From contig CAVUXE010000029.1 in assembly GCA_963745235.1 (NCBI GenBank), positions 96,001 to 160,000 on the forward strand: 64,000 bases of DNA, given 5' to 3'. The translations under genes were made by a program, and so were the position numbers. Under the pieces are notes generated by a model. The model was not told where the DNA came from and did no database searches. It was given only the letters and a program-made list of their open reading frames with translations. Within the stretch, counting starts at the first letter, position 1; each line of letters opens with the position of its first letter. Below are positions 10,699-20,741 of this stretch, in pieces. The stretch comes from an uncultured Spirochaetota bacterium. Lineage in GTDB: Bacteria > Spirochaetota > Spirochaetia > SZUA-6 > Fen-1364.

Positions 10699-11203
10699 GT
10701 GGACGAGCGAGGCCCTCGCTGCGATCCCGTTTATCCTCGCCGCGTTGCCCCCCGGCGGGTGCGCTTGGTTGCGGAGACGCTGTACGTCACGGGAGCTCGT
10801 GTCTCTGGATCCTCACCGTCAGGCGCGACCAGATCAAGATCAAGACCAACGGCTCCGGGAGCTCAGGCTTCTACAGCAAGGGCGGAAAGGAACGCACGGC
10901 CAGATTCCCTACGGAGCTGTACAAGAGAATCCTCCAGGCGTTCCCGCGGGGCACCTTGGCGGCGGCCACGAAGAGGATCAAGGCGGTCTTTATGATGCTT
11001 GGCCACAGCGACGAAGCGACCACGCTGCGGCACTATGCGCACGACGCCTTCAGTGACGGGGAGCTTTTCGGGGAGGTGAAATGCCACGGCAGGAATGCGG
11101 AGACCTCGAAGCGACCACGCTGCGGCGCTATGCGCACGACGCCTTCAGTGACGGGGAGCTTTTCGGGGACGTGAAATGCCACGGCAGGAATGCGGAGACC
11201 TCG
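10699..11203 (+). pseudogene. degenerate tyrosine recombinase/integrase remnant
   Basis: Fragments ETLYVTGARVS (box I), SKGGKERT and MLGHSDEATTLRHYAH (box II) in shifting frames; HxxR segment absent. Confidence 0.7.
11012..11201 (+). repeat. 95-bp tandem duplication (2 copies) of the integrase 3' end
   Basis: 11012-11106 and 11107-11201 differ at 2 positions. Confidence 0.9.
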
Positions 11204-11273
11204 CCGCGGCCCGCCACGCGCGGAGCCTGCGTCTTTCAAGGCACGCAGTCACATGGAGAGCTCCCGTCATGAC

Positions 11274-11342
11274 TTATGCAGCTGCATCGATAACTGGCGA
11301 TGGGAAGATTTCGAGACAAACTGCATAATATGAATGTTCTGC
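11274..11342 (+). other. candidate integron attI / first cassette insertion site
   Basis: TTATGCAG...CTGCATAA-TATGAAT-GTTCTGC; GTTCTGCTCCAC (11336) matches the reverse complement of cassette-1 R'' GTGGAGCATAAC at 11/12 positions; no attC stem upstream. Confidence 0.5.
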
Positions 11343-11502
11343 TCCACTTTTTGGGTCAAGACAGTTGGTGGCCTTATGCCCTCAGCCGTATGCGTGAAAG
11401 TATCGGCAATTCGTGCCTCAAAGACTGGGCGACGCCAGTCACCAATGGACTACTTGCTTGAAGGTGGACTTGACGTGTTTAGCGAAAGGTTGTAGCTTGT
11501 AA

Positions 11503-11520
11503 CGTACGGTAAAGCGTACG
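11503..11520 (+). promoter_or_regulatory. putative YefM-YoeB operator
   Basis: Two CGTACG palindromes 12 bp apart just before the RBS, analogous to the TGTACA repeats of yefM-yoeB; TTGACG upstream. Confidence 0.55.
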
Positions 11521-11535
11521 GAGGAAGGCCTTTTC

Positions 11536-11778
11536 ATGAGCAGCATCAATATCACGAACGCTCGAAAGAATCTTTACAGACTGGTAGAGAAGCTTTCTGA
11601 AACTCATGAGCCAATTCACATTACTGGGAAGAGCAAGTCCGCAGTTCTGGTTGGAGAAGACGACTGGCGTTCAATTGAGGAAACTCTCTACTTGCTATCC
11701 ATCCCGGGGCTGCGGGAATCGATTCTTAAGGGAATGAAAGAACCCATTTCAAAAATGTCAACCAAGGTTGATTGGTGA
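11536..11778 (+). CDS. yefM: Phd/YefM antitoxin
   Basis: NARKNLYRLV..HEPIHI, DWRSIEETLYLLSIPG. Confidence 0.92.
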   Translation: MSSINITNARKNLYRLVEKLSETHEPIHITGKSKSAVLVGEDDWRSIEETLYLLSIPGLRESILKGMKEPISKMSTKVDW

Positions 11779-12041
11779 GCTACAAGCTTTACTTCACTCA
11801 GCAAGCACAAAGGGATGCTAAGAAGCTAAGCAGAGCAGGATTGCGGCCGCAGGCAGAGAAGCTGTTGAAACTTCTGCGTCGAAATCCTTTCGCACGCTAC
11901 CCTCCATACGAAAAGTTGCTCGGTGATCTTTCGGGCGTGTTTTCACGCCGGATCAACATACATCACAGACTTGTGTACCAAGTATTGGACGACAAGAAAG
12001 CCGTCAAGACAATCCGAATGTGGACACATTATGGAGAGTAG
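11772..12041 (+). CDS. yoeB: Txe/YoeB toxin
   Basis: PPYEKLLGDLSG.FSRRINI.HRLVY, RMWTHY. Confidence 0.92.
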   Translation: MVSYKLYFTQQAQRDAKKLSRAGLRPQAEKLLKLLRRNPFARYPPYEKLLGDLSGVFSRRINIHHRLVYQVLDDKKAVKTIRMWTHYGE

Positions 12042-12077
12042 ACGTCAGGTATAGGAGTTTGGTTGAAAACACGTGGA

Positions 12078-12193
12078 GCATAACAAGTCGTTGAAGCCGA
12101 CCCCTACACGGCCGGCCCGCAGTAAGGCAAAGGCTTAGTAAAAGCGGTCACGGCTGGGCTGATGCGGCGGGGCGGCTTAACTCTATGTTATGC
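12078..12193 (+). other. integron attC site 1
   Basis: R'' GCATAAC, 5 bp, L'' GTTGAAGCCG ... L' CGGCTTAAC, 5 bp, R' GTTATGC; 116 bp with the expected extra base in L''. Confidence 0.9.
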
Positions 12194-12201
12194 CGTCCTT
12201 G

Positions 12202-13499
12202 GGTCCTGTCCGAGCACATCGTTGACACTTTTGCGGGCGACGTTCTCTCCGAGAGGAGAGGCGGATGCCCTGGAGAGGAACGGTCGACGATGGACGAGAA
12301 GGCAAGTTTCATCCTCGAGTGGGAATCGGGCGAGCACACGTTCACGGCACTGTGCAAGTCCTTCGGTGTCTCGCGCGCCTTGGGCTACCGCCTGGTGCTG
12401 CGCTATCTGCTACGGGGTGTGGCGGGACTGCGGGAGCAGTCACGAGCTCCGCGCAGGGTATGGAACCGCACGGCGCCCGAGGTGGAGCGGACCATCGTGG
12501 GGCTGCGGCGCAAGTGGAAGCGCATCGGTGCGCTGAAGATCTACCAGTTGCTCAGTGAGAGGTACCACGGTCGGCGCGCGGTGCCTTCGGTGTCCACGAT
12601 CGCCTTGGTGCTCAAACGCTACGGTCTGGTCAAGAAGCGCCGCCGCGTTCGTCGCATCCGAGAGACGCACCCGATCTTCGAGGCGAAGGCTCCCAACGAG
12701 ATTTGGAGTGTGGACTTTAAGGGGGAGTTCCGCATGGGCAACATGCGCTACTGCTACCCGCTGACAATCATGGACGCGTACAGCCGCTACGTGCTGGCGG
12801 TGGTCGGGATGCACCGACCGACCTATGAAGGCACAAAGGCCGTATTTGAGGCACTTTTCAAGAAGTACGGGCTTCCCAAGCAGATCCACAGTGACAACGG
12901 GGAGCCGTTTGCCAGCGCGGTGAGCCTCTCGCGGCTGACGCGGCTGGCTGTATGGTTCATGGACCTGGGCATCCAGCCGGTCTACTCCGACCCGGCTCAC
13001 CCTGAGCAGAATGGCAGTCACGAGCGCATGCACGAGGAGCTGAAGGCTGAGGCCACCAAGCCGCCCGCCTACAGCCTGGGGCAACAGCAGCACAAGTTTG
13101 ACGCCTTTCGCTACTTCTACAACCAGCAGCGCCCCCATCAGGCGCTGGGGCAGCGCAGACCAAAGGAGTTCTACCATCGGTCTTCAAGGAGCTTGCCCCG
13201 CACGATGCGACCGTGGAAGTATCCAGCAAGGCATCAGCACCAAGTACGTGTGTCGCAACGGAGCTATTCGCTGGGGAGCCAGCAAGTGGGTCGTGGTCAG
13301 CACGACTCTGATCGAGAAGTACGTGGGGTTGGAGCAGATCGTGAAGGGCAAGTGGCGCGTGTACTACCGCGACACGCTGTTAGGCTACCTTGACGAGAGA
13401 GAGTTGCGCATCCAGGATCAACTCGGTCGGCTGCTGAGAGCAGCCAAGTAGCTGTTAGGATGTGCTGAGAAAAGTGTCAACGATGTGTTAATCAGGACA
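12202..13499 (+). mobile_element. IS481-family insertion sequence
   Basis: Imperfect terminal IRs sharing CACATCGTTGACACTTTT; DDE transposase inside; no clear TSD. Confidence 0.8.
12265..13451 (+). CDS. IS481-family DDE transposase (frameshifts near 12280 and 13230)
   Basis: MPW start, WSVDFKG, DAYSR, SDNGEPF, HPEQNGSHERMH, YN..RPHQAL. Confidence 0.88.
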
Positions 13500-13612
13500 C
13501 TTATTCGGAGGCAGCCAACCGTGTACCTTTTGGGGTCGTCTTGATAGGGAGGTCTCCGGTCAGTACTAGGCTACCCTTGACATTGGATACACCACGTGTA
13601 TACCTTCGGCGC

Positions 13613-13840
13613 ATGACTAAGAAGCTCATCCAGCACGGAAACAGCGCCGCCCTGGTCATCGATAAGGCTCTTATGGACCTGCTCAAAGTCCGTATGGACA
13701 CTCCCCTTGAAGTCACTACCGATGGCAAGAACATCATTATCTCCCCTCAGACCAAGGAGAATGCGGAAGCTACCTTGTTGCAGGCTCTTGAAAGAATTAA
13801 CCAGAAGCACGGATTCGTTTTATCCAAACTGGGAAAGTAA
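13613..13840 (+). CDS. AbrB/MazE-like antitoxin
   Basis: KKLIQHGNSAALVIDK; TTGACA-16-TACCTT promoter immediately upstream. Confidence 0.88.
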   Translation: MTKKLIQHGNSAALVIDKALMDLLKVRMDTPLEVTTDGKNIIISPQTKENAEATLLQALERINQKHGFVLSKLGK

Positions 13841-13843
13841 GAC

Positions 13844-14245
13844 TTGGAACCTCGTTTTCTCACCATGAGCGAGGTTCTTATTATTCTGCAGGATCAGATC
13901 CGTAGATACGGTGGAACTTACGGACTTCGGGATCCAGCCCTGCTGAGCTCAGCCTTGGCAATGCCAAGTAGCTCATTTGAAGGGAAATACCTCCACAGGG
14001 ATTTGTTTGAGCAGGCCGCGGCTTATGCTTTTCACATTTGTCAAAATCATCCCTTCGTTGACGGAAACAAGAGAACTGCCCTTGCCTCAGCCCTTGTGTT
14101 CCTATCTCTCAACGAGATTGAACTTGATGACCCAAAAGAAGAGCTCTATGACCTGATGATGAAGGTTGCAAAGAGCAAAGCTTCTAAATCAGAGATCGCA
14201 ACCAAGTTTCGAGCTTTCAGAAGCAAGAAGAAGAGGAGTAAGTAG
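13844..14245 (+). CDS. doc: death-on-curing (Doc/Fic) toxin
   Basis: GGTYGLRD..LL.SA; HPFVDGNKRTA Fic motif. Confidence 0.92.
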   Translation: MEPRFLTMSEVLIILQDQIRRYGGTYGLRDPALLSSALAMPSSSFEGKYLHRDLFEQAAAYAFHICQNHPFVDGNKRTALASALVFLSLNEIELDDPKEELYDLMMKVAKSKASKSEIATKFRAFRSKKKRSK

Positions 14246-14289
14246 CGATTCAAGGCTTGAACCGTCGCCGTTGATCGAAAGGGCGGACG

Positions 14290-14407
14290 GCATAGCAAGT
14301 CGTTGAAGTTGACGCCTTGAGTTACGTGAGGAAAGCGAGGCCGACGGTCCGTAAAAGCCGTTGTTGTTGGGTTGCGGTCGGCGGCGCAGCTCAACCCTAT
14401 GTTATGC
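14290..14407 (+). other. integron attC site 2
   Basis: R'' GCATAGC (AAC>AGC), L'' GTTGAAGTTG ... L' CAGCTCAAC, R' GTTATGC; 118 bp; ends resemble attC1. Confidence 0.85.
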
Positions 14408-14479
14408 TGTTTCTGCGTTTGTGAAGGCGCTGTTGATAGATGGGTGACAATTGTGTACCTTTCCATTGAGGGGTGCAAG

Positions 14480-14767
14480 ATGAAGTTCGTTACCGTTCGC
14501 GATTTCCGAACGACTCCAGCTCAAATCTGGAAGGATCTCCTCGGAGAGCAGGAGATTGTCATAACCAACAATGGAAAACCTATAGCTCTGCTCACTCCTT
14601 TGAACGACACTGACATGGAAGATACTGTAACGGCGGTTCGTAGAGCGCGAGCAATTGCGGCGCTGAAGAAGATTCGCGGGTCCTCCCTCAAGAAGGGACT
14701 GTCCGAAATAACCATGGAGGAGATTGGCAAGGAGATCCAGGACTACAGAAAAAGTAAAAGGAAATGA
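14480..14767 (+). CDS. Phd/YefM-family antitoxin
   Basis: MKFVTVRDFR, EIVITNNGKPIALL. Confidence 0.88.
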   Translation: MKFVTVRDFRTTPAQIWKDLLGEQEIVITNNGKPIALLTPLNDTDMEDTVTAVRRARAIAALKKIRGSSLKKGLSEITMEEIGKEIQDYRKSKRK

Positions 14768-15186
14768 AAGTTGTCCTTGACACAAACGTGATCGTCTCTG
14801 GATTGATCAACGTTGAGGGTGCGCCCGCTCAGATCGTCAATCTACTTCTGAATGGCCGAATTGCGCTGCTCTACGATAGTCGGATTCTAAGGGAATACAT
14901 AGAGGTTCTAAACAGGAAAAAGTCTGGATTTAAGAGAAGCGCACTAGATCCGATTTTTGACTACCTAAGGAATGAAGGTGAATACGTTACGGCAGAGCCG
15001 ACGAGCAAAAGGTTTGTGGACAACAATGATACCATGTTTTATGAGGTCGCAAAGACAGCAGGTGCAAGGTGCCTTGTTACTGGAAACAAGGGTCATTTTC
15101 CGAACGAAAAAATCGTAAAAAGTCCGAAAGAGTTCATTGATTTGTATCTATCTGAAAATGAAGGTAAGAGAACAGAAACAACATAA
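14764..15186 (+). CDS. PIN-domain (VapC-like) toxin
   Basis: VVLDTNV, EY, DTMFYEVA, LVTGN..HF. Confidence 0.88.
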   Translation: MKVVLDTNVIVSGLINVEGAPAQIVNLLLNGRIALLYDSRILREYIEVLNRKKSGFKRSALDPIFDYLRNEGEYVTAEPTSKRFVDNNDTMFYEVAKTAGARCLVTGNKGHFPNEKIVKSPKEFIDLYLSENEGKRTETT

Positions 15187-15196
15187 TAAGTTGATG
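15173..15196 (+). other. truncated attC site 3 (R'' only)
   Basis: CAGAAACAACATAAT is the reverse complement of the cassette-3 start GTTATGCTGTTTCTG at 13/15 positions; no L'/R' found. Confidence 0.55.
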
Positions 15197-15458
15197 TGGT
15201 GCCCGTCAGGCCGAGTAGGCTTTGATGGACGAGGCGGTGGGTGGCTGTATACTGCGAGACGGCTCGGTACCGAGCGGGAAGGAGCGCAGTAGATGGCCGT
15301 CACGGAAGGGCTTAGGTATCAGACTTTTCTTAAGAGTATTCTTCGCAAGTATGTCACTGGACACCTTGTTGAAAGACGCCGGAAGATTGGTGCACCAGAC
15401 GCGAGGCATAAGAGTGAAAACTGAGGGATAGAATAACGAGTCGTTGATCGCCCGCCTC

Positions 15459-17001
15459 TCAGGACGAATAGCCCAGAAAAGAATCGGTACGGACCTGCCG
15501 GCGCGGGACTCCCGCCGACCACAAGAGCTTCACAATGGCGCTCACCATTCCCGGCGGACCCGAGACGAAGTATCGCCGCTCGGTGAACGCGGGGATTTCC
15601 TTCCGCACCATCTCCGCGTTTATGGGACCGCGCTGCCCGCACCAGTCCTGTCGGACCCGGGACAGGTCAGTGAGCGTGTAGACGGCCTTCAGCCCCAGTT
15701 GCCGCTTCGCCTCGTCGAAAACATCCCGGAATACGATCTCCCCCTCGACGGCGCTCGAGTACAGCAGCACGATATCGCGCCGCTCCCCGGTGTCGACGAG
15801 GTACTTGATCATGCTGCGAAACGGTGTGATCCCGATACCACCCGCAACGAAGGCAAGGGGGATGCGCGGATCCTTCGGGAGCACGAAGTCCCCGCCCAAC
15901 TCGCCGGGCAATGATGGGGTCCCCTCTTTCCATCCGCGCCATTTCCGACTTGTACCGGCTCGGCTTGTGGTTGAACCGAGCGGCAATCATCAGATCCCCC
16001 TCCGTCGGCGAGGAGGCAATGCTGAAGTACCGGCGTGTTCCCCTGCTGTCGCCTTTTGAAAGAGGGAGGGTCCACTCCATGTATTGTCCCAGCCGGTGGG
16101 TAAAGCCAGGCGGGCGGGGAAACGTGAAGGTCATGATTCCATTCCCTATCTCCCTGCGCTCCTTGAGCCTCAGGCGCAGCTTGAAGCTCGGGCTCACCGT
16201 GAAGGAAAAGAGATTGCCCGCCAGGAGCGCTTCTTCGGGAGTCAAGTTCTGGCCAAACAGGGAAAGCTGTGGCTGGTAGAGGAATGCGACGATGGCCGCA
16301 TAGAGAAGCTGAAGCCGAAAGCGCTTCGGCGACGTCATTGGCTCGGTGAACATGATGGTGGCGAAGAAGATGACAGAGGTCCGGCTCAGAACGAACAGAA
16401 GGCTCTGGACGGCGTCACCGACCGCCAGGCCCTGGATCAAGGCGAGGGCAAAGTCGAATGCCAGGAACATTGCAAGGAATGCGCCCACAAGCCGCAGCCT
16501 GCCTGTCTTGCGGGCCAGGAGGAGACCCCCGACGGCTGCAAGGGGGAGAAGCGCGATGTTTCCCACCCACCAGCTTGCCCCCGCGCCGAAGACGATGCCG
16601 GAGAAAAGCGCCCCAACGGCCGCGGGGTTGAAGAGGTGCTGCCGCCGCAGGGCAAGGATGTATTTCGAGGCAACGGCGACGCCGCCCGCAAGGGCCAGGA
16701 TTCCCGCATGCCGAGGGTCGGACAAGGCCGGCACGGGACCCATGATGAGGGCCATGATGAGCGCTGTGATGAGGGATGACTCGGGATTCGACCTGATTCG
16801 CGCTATCCGCGCAAGGAGAGCGTTTCCAAGAAGACAGGATGCAACCAGGATCCCGGTCGTGGACAGGATGGCAACGGGGCCGCCTGGCACGACACCAAAC
16901 GCGCTCAGGATGGTTGCGACGTACAGGAGCGATGCCAGGTAATACACGGTCAACCTGTACATCGTGAATCTGTTCAGAAAGCCGTCCAGGATCCTGATCA
17001 T
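15459..17001 (-). CDS. RnfD/NqrB-like membrane domain fused to an FNR-type FAD/NAD(P) oxidoreductase (frameshift near 15914)
   Basis: KY....HLFNPAA and IMFTEPMTSP in the TM region; RRYFSIASSP, AGGIGITPFRSM, SGPPGMV, DSFLGY. Confidence 0.82.
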
Positions 17002-17033
17002 GGTCCGGCGTCCTCACCCGCGTTCAAACGCTC

Positions 17034-17414
17034 TCATCTGCCGGCCCTCTGCAGAGCGTCGCCAAGGGACTTCACGAAAGCCTGGCTTGTGAATGTTGCC
17101 CCGCTTACGAAGTCCACGTTGTGGCTCTGGGCGCTCACCGCCTCCTGAATGAGGTAGGGCAGGGCCACGCTGTTGATGTACCGGGATGTGCCGTTGTCGT
17201 GCGGGTACTCGAGTACCTGGACGTCAGAGAGCCTGCCTGCCCTGACCAGCGCCCGCACCCGTACGAAGCCGTAGAAGGCGTATTCCCGTCTCCCGGTGAA
17301 CTTTCCATCGGAAAGTCCATACGCGGCGTAGCGTGCCTCGCCGAAGGCGGCCGCTGTCCCGAGAGCCGCGGTAACGACAGCCGCAATGACCAGTGACCAT
17401 GCTCGATTCTTCAC
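17034..17414 (-). CDS. exported FMN-binding domain protein
   Basis: Signal peptide; DGKFTG, YGFVRV, VDFVSGATFTS flavinylation motif. Confidence 0.85.
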   Translation of the reverse strand: MKNRAWSLVIAAVVTAALGTAAAFGEARYAAYGLSDGKFTGRREYAFYGFVRVRALVRAGRLSDVQVLEYPHDNGTSRYINSVALPYLIQEAVSAQSHNVDFVSGATFTSQAFVKSLGDALQRAGR

Positions 17415-17514
17415 AGGTATCCTCCCGCCAGACCGGCGTGCGTCGGCCTGACAGGGATATCTTCGACCCGGTTCCTGAAGACGAGATGAAGAGGGGAGCG
17501 GATAACAGAAAGTT

Positions 17515-18573
17515 CTACCGGGCGGGGAACCGCAGCGAAATCTTTGTCCCGCCGCCGGGCCGGCTGGACGCGTGCAGGCTTCCCCGGTGCTCTTCCATGA
17601 TTGTCTTCGCGATGGTCAGACCGAGGCCGGCGCCGCCCGTGTGTGCGCGGCGGGCCTTGTCTCCCCGGAAGAACGGCTCCGTGATGTGCCGCAGGTCCTC
17701 CGGCGGAATGCCGATGCCGGTGTCCGCCACCTCCAGGAAAGCGTCCCCGCCTTCACGTCGTACTCCCACGGTGACGCTGCCTCCCCGAGGCGTGTATTCG
17801 ATCGCGTTTTCCAGGATGTTGTAGACTGCCCGCTCCAGGGCTGACGCCTCCCCCGCAATCAGGACCGGGCCGGGCGCATCGCAGAGAAGGCGCACGTCCC
17901 GCTCTTTGGCGCGCCGCGCAATCCGCGCGGTGGTGGTCACCGCAAGCGCAGAGATGTCCAGCGGCCGCAGGGAGCCGGCCCGAAGCGGGGTCGAGCCGCT
18001 GCGGGCAAGATCCAGCACTTGCTCCACCATCGCGGACATTCGTCGGATCTCCTCCAGCGAGCTCGTGATCAGGAGCCGCGCCTCCGCCGGATCTATGGGG
18101 CCCCCGCGCAGCGCGACCTCGGCTTCGCTGCGCATGACGGCGAGGGGAGTGCGCAGGTCGTGGGCCGCGTTTGCAAAGAACCTTTGCTCTCCCTGGACGG
18201 CTTCCTTGATCGGCTGCAACGTGCGAGCGGCAAGCAGGTAGCTGAGCACGCCGCCGATGAGCACCGTGATGACATCCGCAACGAGGATGGACCGTCCCAG
18301 GTGCTCGAGGTATTCCTCCAGCCCCACCCGCAGAACCTCGGACGGCCGCCGCTCTTCCGTGGCCGGCAGTGGCCCCTCGGCTTCCGTGCCTGCGCTCCTG
18401 CGCTCGATTCCCTCCACGTCGCGCGCGTGAAACTCGTACAGGGCGGAGCTCAGAACGGCGACGACGGCGGCGATGGTTGCCACGTAGAGAAGCGTGAGCC
18501 TGCGCCGCGCCGTTCGAAACGGATCAATCCGCGAGCCGGTAGCCGGCGCCGCGGACCGTCTGGATCTGCCCAT
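17515..18573 (-). CDS. sensor histidine kinase (true start probably near 18530)
   Basis: Two TMs; AHDLRTPL, NILENAIEY, DTGIGI, FFRG, GLGL. Confidence 0.92.
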   Translation of the reverse strand: MGRSRRSAAPATGSRIDPFRTARRRLTLLYVATIAAVVAVLSSALYEFHARDVEGIERRSAGTEAEGPLPATEERRPSEVLRVGLEEYLEHLGRSILVADVITVLIGGVLSYLLAARTLQPIKEAVQGEQRFFANAAHDLRTPLAVMRSEAEVALRGGPIDPAEARLLITSSLEEIRRMSAMVEQVLDLARSGSTPLRAGSLRPLDISALAVTTTARIARRAKERDVRLLCDAPGPVLIAGEASALERAVYNILENAIEYTPRGGSVTVGVRREGGDAFLEVADTGIGIPPEDLRHITEPFFRGDKARRAHTGGAGLGLTIAKTIMEEHRGSLHASSRPGGGTKISLRFPAR

Positions 18574-19198
18574 TGCTTCCCGCCTGCAGGAGCTTCTTTC
18601 GAACGTTTCGGATATGCACCTCCACGACGTTGCTTGCCCCGTCGAAGTCCTGGTCCCAGAGGTGCGTGGTGATCTGGAGGCGGGAAAGGACCTGCCGAGG
18701 GTGGCGCATCAACAGCTCGAGGAGCGCGAACTCCCTGGCCGTCAGGGGGACGGGCCGGCCTTTCAGGGTGACCTCCCGCGTTGCGGCGTTCATCGTCAAT
18801 TCACCGGCGCGCAGGACCGCCGCGAGCGGCACGGAGGGCCGCCGAAGCAGGGCCCGGATGCGGGCTGCCAGCTCTTCGAACGCGAACGGCTTGGCGAGGT
18901 AGTCATCCGCGCCGGTGTCGAGCCCCTCCACCCTGTCCTGGACGCCGCCGCGGGCCGTGAGGATGAGCACGGGGACCCGGTTTCCCGACGCGCGGAGGTT
19001 CCGACAGAGAGTCATGCCATCCATCCCCGGCAGCATGAGGTCCAGCACTATTGCGTCATAGCCTTCCCCCGCGCCGTCAGCCAGCCGCTGACCCTCCTCT
19101 CCGTCGAGGGCCACGTCAACAGCGTAGCCTTCCTGCCGCAGGCCTTTCTTGAGGGATGCGGCCAGCTTGGCGTTGTCTTCCACGACGAGAACACGCAT
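18524..19198 (-). CDS. OmpR-family response regulator
   Basis: LVVEDN, LDLMLP, DDYLAKPF, winged helix TVRGAGY. Confidence 0.95.
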   Translation of the reverse strand: MRVLVVEDNAKLAASLKKGLRQEGYAVDVALDGEEGQRLADGAGEGYDAIVLDLMLPGMDGMTLCRNLRASGNRVPVLILTARGGVQDRVEGLDTGADDYLAKPFAFEELAARIRALLRRPSVPLAAVLRAGELTMNAATREVTLKGRPVPLTAREFALLELLMRHPRQVLSRLQITTHLWDQDFDGASNVVEVHIRNVRKKLLQAGSNGQIQTVRGAGYRLAD

Positions 19199-19211
19199 AG
19201 GGTGAAGATAC

Positions 19212-20741
19212 TCAAATCTGTTCCCGGTGCTCGATGTCGCCGGCCTTCAGGCGCTCGATCCTCTCCGGGTCCAGGCGGATACGAAGGTTCTTCTCCTGGG
19301 TGGGAAGCACGGTGCCCTTCTTCGCTCCTTTCGCTCTGCGGAGGTATTTCACCCGCGTGTAATAGACGTCCGCAGTCCCCGCGCTCTTGCCGCGGGAGAA
19401 ATGAACGGCGAGGTTCCCGGCGTCCAGCATCGTCTCCAGGGGAAGGCTTTTGCCCGCCTGCGCCTTGACGAACACGTACGCGCCCGGCCAGTCCCTGGCG
19501 TGGAACCACCAGTCGTTGCCCCGGACCTTCCTGCGCAGAAGCTCATCGTTTTCAGAGGCGGTGCGACCCACGAGGATGCGAAAGGGAGGCGATGAGAACA
19601 CGAGGCCGGGTGTGTCGTCAGAGGCCAGCGGCTTGCGCGCCCTGGCGGCGTTGCGCGCCACCTGCACGAGGGAGGATGGATCCGTGTTCGCCAGGAGGGC
19701 AGCCCTCTGTCTCTGAACACGGGCAAGGGTTTTCTCCAGCCGACCGATCTCTTCTTCTACCTTGGATTTCCCGAGCCGCGCCTTGCGGTGACGATCGTAG
19801 TACCTCTCCGCGTTCTGCGCGGGGGTCAGCTCCGGGGCAAGCTCGATCTCCACGGGGGCGTCGTCGTGGAAGAAATCCTCCACGCGCAGCCACGGGTCCC
19901 CCTTTGCCGCGGCGTGAAGATTGCTCGTGATGAGGTCTCCCAGCTCTCGGAAGCGATCCAGGTTCGCGTACTCGCCCAGCCGGGCTCGAAGCTTTTCCAG
20001 GTTCGCAAGGAGCTTGTTCTCGCTGACCTCAAGCTCCGTGTCTGCCTGCGCCACGAGCCTCTCGGTGTTGCCGCGGCCCTCGTTCTCCCGAAAGAGCTTC
20101 TCGATTTTCTGGTTGAACGTCCCTTCCCCCGGCAGCTCGCGGACCGCGTAGTCCTTCGCGGCGGCCCGTGCGGCAGGGCTTCCGCCTGTGCTTCCGGCGG
20201 CCTGGGCAGGCGCAAAGATCTTTCCTGATACCTCGTTCTTCCTGGGCCTGCGGTAGAACGCATCCAGGATCTTTCCCGAGGTGTCGGTGAGGATTGCGTT
20301 TGCCGCGGAGCCCCACAGGCGAATCCACAGCACAAGCTCTTCGCCGGCCCGGGTCACGGCCAGGCGGACTATCCGGTCGCCGGGAACCTCTGTCACGTCC
20401 GCACTCGTTGCCGCGGCCGGATCCGCTCCCCGCGCAGCGGCCGCGCGCAACTGCTCCGCCGCCTCAATGCGCCCGCCACGCACGTGGGCCCGGAGGAAGG
20501 ATGCGAAGCGCGGGGGCTTTTCCGGGTTCGGCAGCTTTTCCGTGATCAGGTGGATGCGGGGCAGGCGGGAGGAGAGGGAAACGATGACGGAAAAGTGCGT
20601 CCCTCCGCGGAAGAGGTTCAGGACGAACCTGTCGTGCGAGGGCTGGTGGATTTCCTGGATCAGGCTCCCCGGAAGGGACAGCTCGGAGAGGATCAGGTCG
20701 ATCTCCCTCCAGTTGAGCGAGGAGGGCAGGGGATCAGTCAT
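19212..20741 (-). CDS. NFACT (RqcH/Rqc2-like) RNA-binding protein
   Basis: [56 protein letters not shown]. Confidence 0.85.
   Translation of the reverse strand: MTDPLPSSLNWREIDLILSELSLPGSLIQEIHQPSHDRFVLNLFRGGTHFSVIVSLSSRLPRIHLITEKLPNPEKPPRFASFLRAHVRGGRIEAAEQLRAAAARGADPAAATSADVTEVPGDRIVRLAVTRAGEELVLWIRLWGSAANAILTDTSGKILDAFYRRPRKNEVSGKIFAPAQAAGSTGGSPAARAAAKDYAVRELPGEGTFNQKIEKLFRENEGRGNTERLVAQADTELEVSENKLLANLEKLRARLGEYANLDRFRELGDLITSNLHAAAKGDPWLRVEDFFHDDAPVEIELAPELTPAQNAERYYDRHRKARLGKSKVEEEIGRLEKTLARVQRQRAALLANTDPSSLVQVARNAARARKPLASDDTPGLVFSSPPFRILVGRTASENDELLRRKVRGNDWWFHARDWPGAYVFVKAQAGKSLPLETMLDAGNLAVHFSRGKSAGTADVYYTRVKYLRRAKGAKKGTVLPTQEKNLRIRLDPERIERLKAGDIEHREQI

Noticed and set aside
11012-11203. 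CRISPR array
   Set aside because: Only two contiguous 95-bp copies, no spacers, no cas genes
15190-15455. Group IIC-attC intron or IS1111 end disrupting attC3
   Set aside because: GTGGTGCCCG only loosely resembles the GTGCG intron start; no domain V, RT or transposase remnant recognised
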